Part shown: one piece after another, positions 1 to 11,535 of the stretch
How positions within the stretch are numbered: position 1 is the first letter of the stretch
Layout: each line of letters starts with the position of its first letter
Assembly (NCBI GenBank): GCA_030390025.1
Contig: CM059432.1
Span: forward strand, 112,408,001-112,472,000
Source of the DNA: Squalus acanthias
Lineage: Eukaryota
Direction of reading: 5' to 3'
Length of the DNA: 64,000 nt
Notes under the pieces: generated by a model
What the model was told of the DNA's origin: nothing
The model's input: the letters and a program-made list of their open reading frames with translations, nothing else
The model's database searches: none
Program-made: the position numbers and the translations under genes

Positions 1-2952
1 CTTTGTGCGGTCTTGGGCCAGGGATTCCCAGGTGTCGGTGGGGATGTTGCACTTTTTCAAGGAGGCTTTGAGGGTGTCCTTGAAGCGTTTCCTCTGCCCA
101 CCTGGGGCTCTCTTGCCGTGTCGGAGCTCCGAGTAGAGCGCTTGTTTTGGGAGTCTCGTATCGGGGATGCGGACGATGTGGCCTGTCCATCAGAGCAGAT
201 CGAGCGTGGTCAAAGCTTCGATGCTGGGGATGTTGGCCTGAGCGAGAACACTGACGTTGGTGTGCCTATACTGCCAATGGATTTGCAGGATCTTGCGGAG
301 GCAGTGTTGGTGGTACCTCTCCAGTGCTTTGAGGTGCCTGCTGTACATGGTCCATGTATCTGAAGCATTAAGGAGGGCGGGTATCACTACTGCTCTGTAG
401 ACCATGAGCTTGGTGCTGGGTTTGAGGTCCTGGCCTTCAAACACTCTCTTCCTCAGGCGACCGAAGGCTGCAGTGGCACAGTGAAGACAGTGTTGGACTT
501 CATCATCGACGTCTGCCCTTGTTGACAGTAGGCTCCCGAGGTATGGAAAGCGGTCCACGTTGTCCAAGGCCTTGTCATGGATTTTGATAATCGGGGTGCA
601 GTACTGTGTGGCAGGGGCAGGTTGGTAGAGGACTTTTGTCTTACGGATGTTTAGTGTAAGGCCCATGCTCTCCTATGCTTCTGTGAAGATGTTGACGATG
701 GTTTGGAGTTCGACCTCCGAGTGTGCGCAGACGCAAGCGTCGTCTGCATATTGTAATTCGATGACAGAGCATGGGACGGCCTTGGATCTGGACTGGAGGC
801 GACGGAGGTTGAACAGTTTCCCGTTTGTTCTGTAGATTAGCTCCACTCCAGCGGGGAGCTTACTGAGGGTGAGATGGAGCTTTGCAGCAAGGAAGATCGA
901 GAAGAGCGTTGGTGCGATGACACAGCCTTGCTTGACCCCGATCCGTACGTGAATTGGGTCTGTGGTGGATCCGTTGGTCAGGATCACGGCTTGCATGTCG
1001 TCATGAAGCAGGCGGAGGATGATGACAAACTTTTGAGGGCAGCCGAATTTGAGGACACTCCATAATCCCTCACGGTTGACTGTGTCGAAGGCCTTTGTGA
1101 GGTCAAAAAAGGCCATGTACAGCAGTTGGTGCTGTTCCCTGCATTTCTCTTGTAGTTGACACGTGGTGAAGATCATGTCCATTGTGCCCCTTAGTGGGCG
1201 GAATCCGCATTGCAACTCTAGGAGGAGCTCTTCAGCCACTGGGAGAAGGCGATTGAGGAGGATTCTTGCAATGGCTTTTCCTGTGGCAGACAGTAGGGAG
1301 ACTCCTCTGTAATTACTGCAATCGGACACGTCACCTTTCTTGAAGATGGCCACGATTACGGCGTCTCTGAGTTCTCCTGGCATGCTCTCCTCCTTCCAAA
1401 TAAGAGAAATTAGTTCATGCGCCAATAGTGCTTCTCCGGCATGTTTTAGCGCCTCGGCGGGGATTCCATCGGCTCCTGAGGCCTTGTTCTTCAGTTGTCG
1501 GATGGCCTTTTCAACCTCATGCCGGGCTGGGGTTGTGCTGAGGTGGTGGCGGGTAGCATGCTGCGGGATGGAGTTGAGGACACTCGCGTCGAAGACAGAG
1601 TCTCGGTTAAGGAGATCATTGAAGTGCTCCTTCCAGAAGGCATTGACTGCCTCTCTGTCCTTGATGAGTACCTCTTCGTTCTTGGCCCGCAGTGGGGTAG
1701 GACCTTGGGTGCTTGGGCCGTAGGTGGTCTTGACTGTGCTAAAGAATCCACGCACGTCGTGGTTGTCGGCTAGCTACTGGAGCTCCTGCGCTTTCTCCAC
1801 CCACCACCTTTTCTTTAGGTCTCGAGTTTTTTGTTGGACCTCGGCCTTCAGGCATCTGTAGAGCTGCTTTCTTGCTCTCGAGTTGTGTTGCTGTTTCTAG
1901 ATCGGGAATGCCTTGCGCTTGCAGCTTATTAGCTCCTGGATCTCCTGGTCGTTCTCGTCGAACCAGTCTTGGTGTTTCCTGGTTGAGTGACCGAGCATCT
2001 CTTCACAGGCGCTGATTATGGAGGCCTTGAGTGAAGACCAGGCGCTGTGGGCACTCTGTGTCTCTGAATCACTGGGAGTCGTTAGGTTGGTTGTGAGGCA
2101 CAGGCTGAATAGGGCTTTATTAGCAGGGTCTTTGAGTGCTGAAGCGTTGATTTTCCTGCGGCATTGCTTTTGTTGCACCGTTGTTTTGGGGCTACGTTGA
2201 TAGAGATGACAGAGCGGATTAGGCGGTGGTCTGTCCAACAGTCGTCAGCTCCTGTCATGGCGCGGGTGATGCAGATGTCCTTGCGGTCCCTCGCTCAGAC
2301 GATAACGTAGTCCAGCAGATGCCAGTGCTTGGAGCGAGGGTGTTGCCGTGAAGCCTTGTACTTGTCTCTCTGACGGAACAAGGTGTTGGTTATGACAAGG
2401 CCATGTTCTAAGCATTTCGTCAGGAGGAGGGTACCGTTGGAGTTAGCTTTCCCTACCCCCTCTCTGCCGATCAGACCTCCCCAGAGGTCTGTGTCCTTTC
2501 CAACTCTGGCGTTAAAGTCGCCAAGGAGGATCAGCTTGTTGGGACTTGGGACAGGGATTGTTCAAGGCTGGAGTAGAATTCCTCTTTGGTCTCGTTTGTG
2601 GCTTCCAGTGTTGGGGCGTACGCACGAATGACCGTAGCGCACTGGTTCCGGGCTAGGGTGAGCCGTACAGTCATGAGGCATTCGTTTATTCCACAAGGGG
2701 AGTCTCTGGGCTGGATTTTGATACTGGGGCGGGTTGGGTTCGTGTTATCCACCCGACTGCAATTGGATGTGGGAGATTGATGCAATTTTCACTTAATTGG
2801 GCAATTGAGTTCCAGCATGTGGGAACCCATGAACCAATTAGTGGTTTCAGTCTGAAAGTCGCCTCTGATGATGTCATCATTGTTGCTGCATTGCAGGTCA
2901 GAGACTGCCTGGCCTTTGCTGTGAGAGGACCTGGATGCAAAATGCAGCATCT

Positions 2953-2990
<38 letters not shown>

Positions 2991-3880
2991 ATTTTTTTTG
3001 CATCCAGGTGCTCTCGCAGCAAAGGCCAGGCAGTCTCTGAAGACATTCAATGCAGCAGCATCAGAGGCGACTTTCAGAACTAATACTACTACTACCTTCA
3101 TCACATCTCCGTTGTAATAGTGGACCTGCAGCTGATAGTCAGCTATCCACTTGTGCTCCCGCCAGGTTTCACTGGCGTGTTTCAGATCAGGCGTGCTTCA
3201 CGTGGGAAAAGGGTTAAACTAGCTAAAACGTTTCAAAATGGCATTACAGAGCCAATTTAGGGCTTGTTAAGGGCTTTAATGGCCTCTCCCGCCTCTTGGA
3301 AGCGGGACGGAGACGGGACCACCGCACACGATTTCATCAAAATTGCATGGAGGCGGGATCAGGTCCGCCCGCCACTTTTCGCAATTTTAACCCCCCACAC
3401 GCCTCCAAACCCGCCTCCACAGGTCTATGAAAATCCAGCCCTCTGAGACGTTCAACTAGCTCATTTTTATGGCGAAGCCTACCCCATGGAGGCGGCGTTC
3501 TTCAGGTTTGTCTTTCCAGTGGAAGGTGTAACCACCGCCTTGCTCCTTGAGCTGGCCTTCCCCTGCCCGCCGGATCTCGCTTAGGGCGGCGATGCCTATG
3601 TCGACACGTCTGAGCTCCCGGGCAACAATAGCAGTCCGGCGTTCCGGTCTGTCGTTGTTGGGGTTGTCCATGAGGGTCCTGACGTTCCAGGTCCCGAACT
3701 TCATTTTAAAGGGTGGAAGATGCCTGTGTGTGAATTCTTTTAACGTGGGGTGGCCGTTGCACACCAGCTACCACACGGGCTTGGCAGAGCAAGGTCTTGG
3801 TCCAATGGCAAGGGGATCCAACACGATTGGAGACCAGGCTCTGCTACATCGGCCTTGCACACACAAACATACTCCTACTG
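1..3880 (-). mobile_element. RTE-clade (BovB-like) non-LTR retrotransposon, degenerate, running off the left edge
   Basis: APE endonuclease start MKFGTWNVRTLMD...IAALSE (3456-3764). RT motifs FFDLTKAFD, GVKQGCVIAPTLF, LQYADD (673-1755). C-terminal part at 190-666. Broken by stops and frameshifts and by the MITE at 2708-3441. Confidence 0.92.
2708..3441. mobile_element. Harbinger-family MITE inserted in the RTE endonuclease
   Basis: TIRs GGGCTGGATTTT / AAAATCCAGCCC. 3-bp TSD TCT (2705-2707, 3442-3444); removing the insert restores the RTE frame (..VERLRDSPCGINE..). Both ends match the ends of the element at 60217-63462. Confidence 0.9.
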
Positions 3881-3993
3881 TCCTCCACCCTCCTCTCTGC
3901 CTCGTCCTCGCCCCAGGACCTTGACCTCGCTCCTGGCCCCCGTCCTCGCCCCTGGGTCCCGTCCTCGCTCCTGTGTCCCGGCCTCCTTATAGT

Positions 3994-4068
3994 GTGTCTC
4001 CTTCTAGTGAGTGTGTCGCACGGTGTCTCCTTCCAGTGAGTGTGTCCCGTGGTGTCTCCTTCTAGTGA
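3994..4068. repeat. 29-bp tandem repeat, about 2.6 copies
   Basis: GTGTCTCCTTCYAGTGAGTGTGTC.. recurs at 3994, 4023 and 4052. Confidence 0.8.
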
Positions 4069-4110
4069 TAAAACCACTAGCTGATGTAGTGTCTTCCTCT
4101 TCCCTCTGCG

Positions 4111-4253
4111 AGCGGATGCTGTAAATCTGAAATAAAAGTATAAAGTGCTGGAAATACTCAGCAGGTCAGGCAGCATCTCAACCTGAGACGTGAGCTCTGT
4201 TTCTCTCTCCACGGATGCTGCCTGACCTGCTGAGCATTTCCAGCATTTTCTGT
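4111..4253. mobile_element. Penelope-like element pseudo-LTR fragment with inverted duplication
   Basis: 4146-4177 is the reverse complement of 4214-4245 (1 mismatch in 32). The sequence matches the PLE 3' end at 45115-45195 (..ctctgtttctctctccacggatgctgcctgacctgctgag..). Confidence 0.75.
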
Positions 4254-4686
4254 CTTCTCAGAGGCCTTCCTTTACCATCCATGGCCTTGCAAGTGTCCAG
4301 CAGCATTCCCTCCACACTTTAAAAACTTTTAACATGTGTTGCACCAAGCCACTACTTCAATAAAATATAAAAAATCCAGTCCAAAAGCTTAAATACAAAC
4401 TTACCTGAAAGATGTACGTGCCCCTTTAAGAAGTGCTGACAGCATCTCTGTCAGTCTGCTGCACACTCGCTTTTCAGAGCAAGCTTAGGACCCAGCGCTA
4501 AACTCAGCGCAAAGGTCCAAGTTCGCTCTCCATATTTGCACGCCATGGGGCAGCAGCGCTATAGTCCTTACCAAAATGGCAGCCGCTAACTCCCGTGCCA
4601 GAGGTAGGTGTTAGAGCGGCAGCTGCCATTTTTTTTCCAGGATTCCAGCGCAAACTGATGGTGGTAATTAGCCCAATTTTCCCCCC
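4254..4686. mobile_element. Harbinger terminal fragment
   Basis: Ends in CCCAATTTTCCCCCC, like the ends at 34494-34509 and 46086-46100. Contains AGCGCT-rich subterminal motifs like those of the other Harbingers. Confidence 0.5.
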
Positions 4687-5140
4687 ATAGCCTCTAAAAG
4701 TTTCCCCAGCACCGATGTTAGCCTGATTGGCCTGTAGTCACCTGGTTGATCTCTGTCCCCATTTTTTATAGGGGTGTAACATCTGCAACACTCCAGTCCT
4801 CTGGCACCACCCCCTAGTGGAGTGGAAGATTGTGTCCAGAGCCTCTGCTATTTCCACCCTTACTTCCCTCAGCAACCTAGGATGCATCCCATCCGGACCG
4901 GGTGACTTTTCAACTTTGAGCGCTGTCAACCTTTTAAGTGCCTTCTATTTATCTATTTTTATGCTATCTAATTTCTCTACCCCCTCCTTTACTGTGACAT
5001 TGGTAGCATCCTCTTTTGAAAAGACAGAGCAAAGTACTCATTTAGTGTCTCAGCCATGCCCTCTGCCCCCACAAGAAGATTTCCTTTTTGGTCGCTAATC
5101 AGCCCCACCCTTCCTTTCACTATCCTTTTACTCTTTATAT
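4687..5140 (-). mobile_element. CR1 LINE internal fragment
   Basis: ORF 4738-4929 LKVEKSPGPDGMHPRLLREV..IAEAL is typical of CR1 ORF2. Confidence 0.85.
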
Positions 5141-5269
5141 GTTGGGACTTGACATTGTTCCACTGACATTAGAATCACATTGATCAGGCATCCTTCGGAA
5201 TTATTCGCACATGTCCATTTTCCCAATGAGAACCCACGAAAACCTTGAATCTCCCTAAACCCCATCTCT

Positions 5270-5445
5270 TAATCTCCTTCCACTACTCTTCTTAAAATCC
5301 ACCTCTTTGACCAAGCTTTTGGTCACCCTTCCTAATATCTACTTCGTTGGCTCAGTGAATATTCTTTTGATTCTGCCTCTGTTAAGCACCTCGGGATGAT
5401 TTTCCTAAGTTAAAGATGCTATATAAATGCAAGTTGTTGTTGTTC
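5270..5445 (+). mobile_element. L2 LINE 3' end fragment
   Basis: ..ctttgaccaagcttttggtcac...gctatataaatgcaagttgttgttgtt. Same tail as the L2 at 56342 (reverse) and at 38070-38337. Confidence 0.7.
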
Positions 5446-7309
5446 TCAAGACATTAACCTATCTTTCTCTTTCAGATGTTGCATTTCCAGCATTTGTACT
5501 TTTTATTTCCATATTTGTGTTTTTACCTTTTATTAAGTTTGAGTATGGTGGGTAATTTCATTGCTCAGATGAACAGAATGCTTCAACAGCAACATGCAAG
5601 ACATCAAAAATGCCAAGATTTTTCTCAGAGCCACTTGCCAATAGAATATCACCCCAGTGATGGTAACTTCCACTCTCATGAGTTCTAGGTCTTTCACACA
5701 GAAGAAAAACAACTGCCATCATCATTTCAGGTTATTAGTTCAACCATAGTCAACTATTTGGCCCCTGACAGTCTGGCTACCCTACTAAGAAACTCCACAG
5801 ACAGGGGCACTGCAGTACACTATGGTAGCATAGTATGTTACTGTAATAACATGCTTAGGTTAACACCTCAACAGACCATATCGTGTCAGAGCACAAAGTG
5901 ACTTCATCATGTGGCCTCATGGAATCTTGGATGTTCAAAATATTTTTACTCTACCTTTCCACTATCCACTTCCTTTGTTTTATGCTAAGCTCAATACCTT
6001 CCTAAGTTGTCTTTTCCTCCTACAATTATCTCCTATTCTAACCTCTTTTCAGCCTTGGCTACTTGGTGACGTCCCGCCTTAGTTTCTCCGTACAAAAAAA
6101 TGGCCTTTATTTTTGCACATGAACTACCATTTTATTCTATGTCCATATTTTACTTGCTACTGCTTTGTAAAATGAACCATAAATAACATCTTATAAAAAA
6201 ATAACTTGCCGCAGTCTTATGTGGCCACCTCCAGAATGGTAGTAACTCTTTGCCATAGACTATTATATTCAAAGTATGTATTCGTGATATCAAGTGACCT
6301 ATGACATCCAGATTGTGGTTTTGAATATCTTGGTGACTAATTCAACAAATCCAGCTGTAAAATAGAATAAAACACCAGCCTCTGATTTGAAGGGGAGCAG
6401 TTGGCATCCTATAGTAAGCATTGTCAGTTCTGGGTTGTGCTCAGGTGCACCGTGGCATCAGAAGGCTGGTGCTGTCACATCCACTGCTGCCTGGCAGACT
6501 ATGAATCGTATAGGTGGAAACAAAATGATTTACATGCTTTTAGCGATCTGCTGCTTTGTTCTGTCAGAATCAATTACCTCAGTTCTAATTAACAGCTGCA
6601 GAACAGGCTGTGTTTTTGATCCGGACTTCGCTCCACGCATCCTGCTGATAATTTGTGGCAGTGCTATCAGAGCTGAACTGTGAGCTCCCCCGATCTCCTC
6701 AAGGAAGAAGGGACCTATCTAAAGAGCCAAGAGCAGACTGTATCTTTGGCAGTTACTGAATTCAGGGGAAAAGAGAAGATATTGTTGAGGTAAACTAGCC
6801 TGATGGTGCTAAAATAAGCTCTTCACTGTTGTTGTGGAGATTATGGGTCTGGCTTACACTGTGTGTTAGGGTGCTGATAGCAAAAGCCCAACCTTTCTCC
6901 CATTTGTACTTGAGAAGATAATGAGTGTTAAAATTAAAGATTTGATTGCACTTACAATTATCACTGGAGAAAGTGACTTTTCTGAATTATCTGATTCTAA
7001 ATGTTGAATATAAATAGACCTTGTCAACATACAGGATGCCCCCCCAACTTACACAAAAAAATCAACTAGGAACTTTCATACTGCCATACTTTCAGACTGA
7101 AAAGTTCAACAGTGGCATTAGTTACTTGGCAGAAGGTTGTACAGATGTGGTGAGTTCATACTTTGACAGAGATGCAAAACACTTGAATAAGATCATTTTG
7201 TGCAAAGTTTAAACTAGCTTCCTGTTTGTGGAGCTCCTTCGCACAGTAACCAGGATGCTAGCACCACAGTAGCCTCATTTATATCAAATTTGCAATTGAA
7301 AAACACTAT

Positions 7310-7492
7310 GGCCTAGAAATTTTTCTCGGGCGGTGGTGCAAAGCGGGCGGTATTGGATCGGATTGGCCGCCCGTTATAGGCAGCGGCTGATGTTCAGTTC
7401 CATTGACTGCAGCGGAACCGAATATCAGGCGCTGGGTATAATGGGCGGCCGATCCGATGCCGCCTGTTCTGCCCGAGAAAAATTTCTAGTCC
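7310..7492. mobile_element. 183-bp fold-back MITE (Harbinger-type TIRs)
   Basis: 22-bp TIR GGCCTAGAAATTTTTCTCGGGC / GCCCGAGAAAAATTTCTAGTCC (21/22) plus a further internal inverted repeat. The TIR start resembles GGACTAGAAATT at 24524. Confidence 0.8.
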
Positions 7493-7591
7493 TACATTTT
7501 GAGACCCGGTCATGCATGGAATGGGGGCACTTTGATCTGATGCAAAAATATGCTGTGGAACGGTAGCTTGCGGGATCGTGCCTTCGATTCC

Positions 7592-7908
7592 TCATGTTCA
7601 CAGAATCACAACAATGCAGATAGAGGCCATTTCGGCCCATCGAGCCTGCACCGACACATATCCCACCCTATCCCCGTAACCCCACGTATTTAATCCCCCT
7701 AACACTAAGGGTCAATTTATCATAGCCAAATCAACCTAAACCGCACATCTTTGGACTGTGGGAGGAAACCGGAGCACCCGGAGGAAACCCACGCAGACAC
7801 GGGGAGAATGTGCAAACTCCACACAGACAGTCACCCGTGGCCGGATTTGAACCCAGGTCCCTGGCGCTGTGAGGCAACAGTGCTAACCACTATGCCACCG
7901 TGTTGCCC
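7592..7908 (-). mobile_element. tRNA-derived V-SINE (HE1-like shark SINE) with CR1-derived tail
   Basis: Minus strand: A box GGTGGCATAGTGG, B box GGTTCAAATCC, V-domain GTGTGGAGTTTGCACATTCTCCCCGTGTCTGCGTGGGTTTCCTCCGGGTGCTCCGGTTTCCTCCCACA, 3' tail ..GATGGGCCGAAATGGCCTC.. shared with CR1 3' ends. Confidence 0.88.
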
Positions 7909-9889
7909 AAACTGTGATAAGTTTCTAATCTGAAGTGGCCTCAGGGATGAGGTGGAAAGCAGAGGGCTAGGCACTTCCTTGTAGAAAGTGAGCAAAATCA
8001 AATAAACGGACAAATTCACCCAGCACCACTGTCAATAGACTAGACAGCTGCAGGAACAGACGGCTGGGAGCAGGTTACCTGCCTGCTCTCTTGGCCGGAG
8101 TATCGTGTGTAACACATGGAGTGGGGGATAAATATGAATAACAATGTAAGTGGAGTGAAATACATAATAAACCATACAAAGTTCATTATTTTGTCTGTAG
8201 CTCAAGATAAAAACTCATACCTCTCCTCATCAGAGTCAGTCTGGGCTGTAAAGCAGGAGATTTGCATCAGGCTGGTACAAACACCTGCTGCAAATCCCCT
8301 GCCACGTTCCCGCGGGAAACAGTGATTCAGTGTGTGCATGTTGAGCTGGTAATTTAAAACATAAACTAAATCTGGGCAGCCATAAATATAAACCCCAGGA
8401 GATGACATTCGGTTCAGATCATCTACGGTTGTATAAACAAGGTAAACATTACATGCATTTAAACCATTATTTGTTTGTTATTTTTGGTGTATATGAATAA
8501 GGTCTTACATGAATTCTTTGGGCTGACTGGGGTGAGATTTATCTCTCGTATTCCTAATGGAAGCCATGATACAGTTAAACCAAACTTGGGAGATGCCAAA
8601 ATGTCTCTGCGGAATTGGGTTCCAGGAAGATTCAGTGGAATGGCAATTAAGAGGAGACTACATTTGTACAGTCAGTTTGATTTAGTTTCAATTCACTTGA
8701 CTCTATTTTATGTCTGTGGACCTCAACCTATTAGAAGTGCTTAACCCAGGACACTGCCTGCTGATGCTATAGATTTGGCAATGCTAAAGTACCATTGAAC
8801 ATTTCACATGCACATTAAACTGAAAGTACAGTACATTCCTATTAGGTCAACTAATTTTACATAATTTGTTAACAATAATCAAGAGCGCACACTTAAGAGG
8901 ATTTAATATAAACTCAGCTGGCACTCCAAATTTACATGGCAAAAATGCCGTTTTAAATTTACAACGAGACAGTTTAGACTACCTTCAAGAGCTTTCAGTA
9001 TTTGCAAGGGTTGATTCATACCAGATATATTAAAATCAGCCTGAAAATAATCAACCCTTCTGAATATCAGATTACGTAAAGATGAATGAGGGAATATTTT
9101 GGTTTCTTTACACTTAAATGAGGAAACACACATAGTGTATGAACACTTTGGGACTGCAATTTTTTTGGCTCCTATTTACTTGGTCAATGTGTTCTTTTGT
9201 TAAAAAAAAATGATACATTGGGCGAAAAATTAATTGGAATGTGTATAGTGTGACATACCAAGCATGCAAACTGTAGTTTGTCATTTAGAGTGAGGAATTC
9301 CAGACCAGTTGGAATTTTGTGGTCACCCTTTCCAACTCTAGTCATTCGAGTGTACTGCAAATACACAAACCATCTGCCAACGTTACACATTCAACTGATA
9401 AATACTTTACCTGAATTTTAACAGTAATAATCACATGCTTAAACTTCCATGCAAAATATGAAGAAGAAATGACAAATGCTGATGAGAATGCTTTGATGTA
9501 AAGTAGCCATTAACCCACTGAGTTACAGAAAAGCCTTTGCGGTTATCGAAGCACACAGACAGTCCCTACCATATAATCATTTCCAAAATTGATTTTCTGA
9601 AATTTACGACTCAAAATGGTAATTATTGCATTTGAATTAGATAAATGATCACCACAAAGAAGCTTTTAAACCACATATTCTTGGAACAAACTGCTAAAAA
9701 AAAATGTTAACTTTTTCATTTTTTTGGTCCAAAACGACAATTGCAGTTATCGGAGAGGTAATGGAGAGAGGCAGCTGGTGTAGATATTGTGGCAAGCTGC
9801 ACGTTATGGTGTGTTGTGTATTCTAATTGAGGAAATTATTAAGTGTTTCAGTAAAGGTTATTTAATTATTCAAGTCCCAGAATGCTCTG

Positions 9890-10737
9890 GAACATAAGAA
9901 TTAGGAGCAGTAGTAGACCATACGGCCCCTCGAGCCGCTATTCAATAAGATCATGGCTGATCATCGACCTCAACTCCACTTTCCCGCCCGATCCCCATAT
10001 CCCTTGATTCCCCTAGAGTCCTCAAATCTCAGCCTTGAATATACTCAACGATTCAGCATCCACAACCCTTTTGGGGTAGAGAATTCCAAAGATTCACAAC
10101 CCTCTGAGTGAAGAAATTCCTCCTCATCTCAGTCTTAAATCCTGAGACTATGCCCCCTAGTACTCGACTCTCCAGCCAGGGGAGACAACCTCTCAGCATC
10201 TACCCTGTCAAACCCACTCAGCATCTTATATGTTTCAATAAGATCACCTCTCATTCATCTAAACTCCAGAGAGTTTAGGCCCAATCTACTCAATCTCTCC
10301 TCATACGACAACCCTCTCATCCCAGGAATCAATCTACTGGACCTTTGTTGCACCATCTCTGAGGCAAGTATATCCTTCCTCAAATAAAGAGACCAAAACT
10401 ATACACAGTTCTCCAGGTGTGGTCTCACCAAAGCCCTGCACAATTGTAGCAAGACTTCCTTACTCCTGTACTCCAACCCCTTGCAATAAAGGCCAACTTG
10501 TCATTTGCCTTCCTAATTGCTTGCTGTACCTGCATGCTAACTCTCTCTGTTTCCTGTATGAGGACACCTAAATCTCTCTGAACACCAACATTTAATAGTT
10601 TCTCACCATTTAAAAAATATTCTGTTTTTCTATTCTTCCTACCAAAGTGAGTAACCTCACATTTCTCCACATTATACTCCTTCTGCCACCTTATTGCCCA
10701 CTCCCTTAACCTGTCTATATCCCATTGCGGGCTCTTT
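9890..10737 (-). mobile_element. CR1 LINE 3' fragment
   Basis: ORF EKCEVTHFGRKN..QRDLGVL..QVQQAIRKAN; 3' tail reads aacataagaattaggagcag on the + strand. Confidence 0.9.
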
Positions 10738-11471
10738 GTCTGGAATTTTGCCTACCTGGGCAACTCCATGGTGGGTCGCGACCCTGCTGTTGGCTCCATC
10801 CCGCTGTTGAAAATGAACTTACCTTAATGGGGCCTATTAAGCCCGCCCAGCACTTTACCCGGCCCATGAGATGAACCAATTAGTGGTTTCAGTCTGAAAG
10901 TCGCCTCTGATGATGTCATCATTGCTGCTGCATTGAAGGTCTTCAGAGACTGCCTGGCCTTTGCTGTGAGATGCAAAATGAGCAGCAGCCTCAGAGAGAG
11001 AGAGAGAGAGAGAGAATGAGAATTTTTTTGCATCCAGGTCCTCTCACAGCAAAGGCCAGGCAGTCTCTGAAGACATTCAATGCAGCAGCATCAGAGGCGA
11101 CTTTCAGACCTAATACTACTAATACCTTCATCACATCTCCGTTGTAATAGTGGACCTGCAGCTGATAGTCAGCTATCCACTTGTGCTCCCGCCAGGTTTC
11201 ACTGGCGTGTTTCAGATCAGGCGTGCTTCACGTGGGAAAAGGGTTAAACTAGCTAAAACGTTTCAAAATGGCATTACAGAGCCAATTTAGGGCTTCTTAA
11301 GGGCTTTAATGGCCTCTCCCGCCTCTTGGAGGCGGGACGGAGTCGGGAACACCGCACACGATTTTATCAAAATTGCATGGAGGTGGGATCAGGTCCGCCC
11401 GCCACTTTTCGCAATTTTAACCCCCCACACGCCTCCAAACCCGCCTCCACGGCCCTATGAAAATCCAGCCC
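10738..11471. mobile_element. Harbinger-family MITE, second copy with a different left end
   Basis: 10871-11471 is near-identical to 2829-3441, including right TIR AAAATCCAGCCC. The left ~130 bp differs and starts ..CTGGAATTTTG. Confidence 0.85.
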
Positions 11472-11535
11472 AGTGAGTTCAAATCCCACCACGGCAGCTG
11501 GGGAATTTAAATCCCAGGAACAAATTTAAAAAAAA

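Noticed and set aside
3994..4068. CRISPR-like array
   Set aside because: A simple 29-bp tandem repeat without unique spacers, no cas genes, eukaryotic context.
7840..7908. tRNA gene (also 23400-23495)
   Set aside because: The A and B boxes are SINE heads followed by SINE body and LINE-derived tails.
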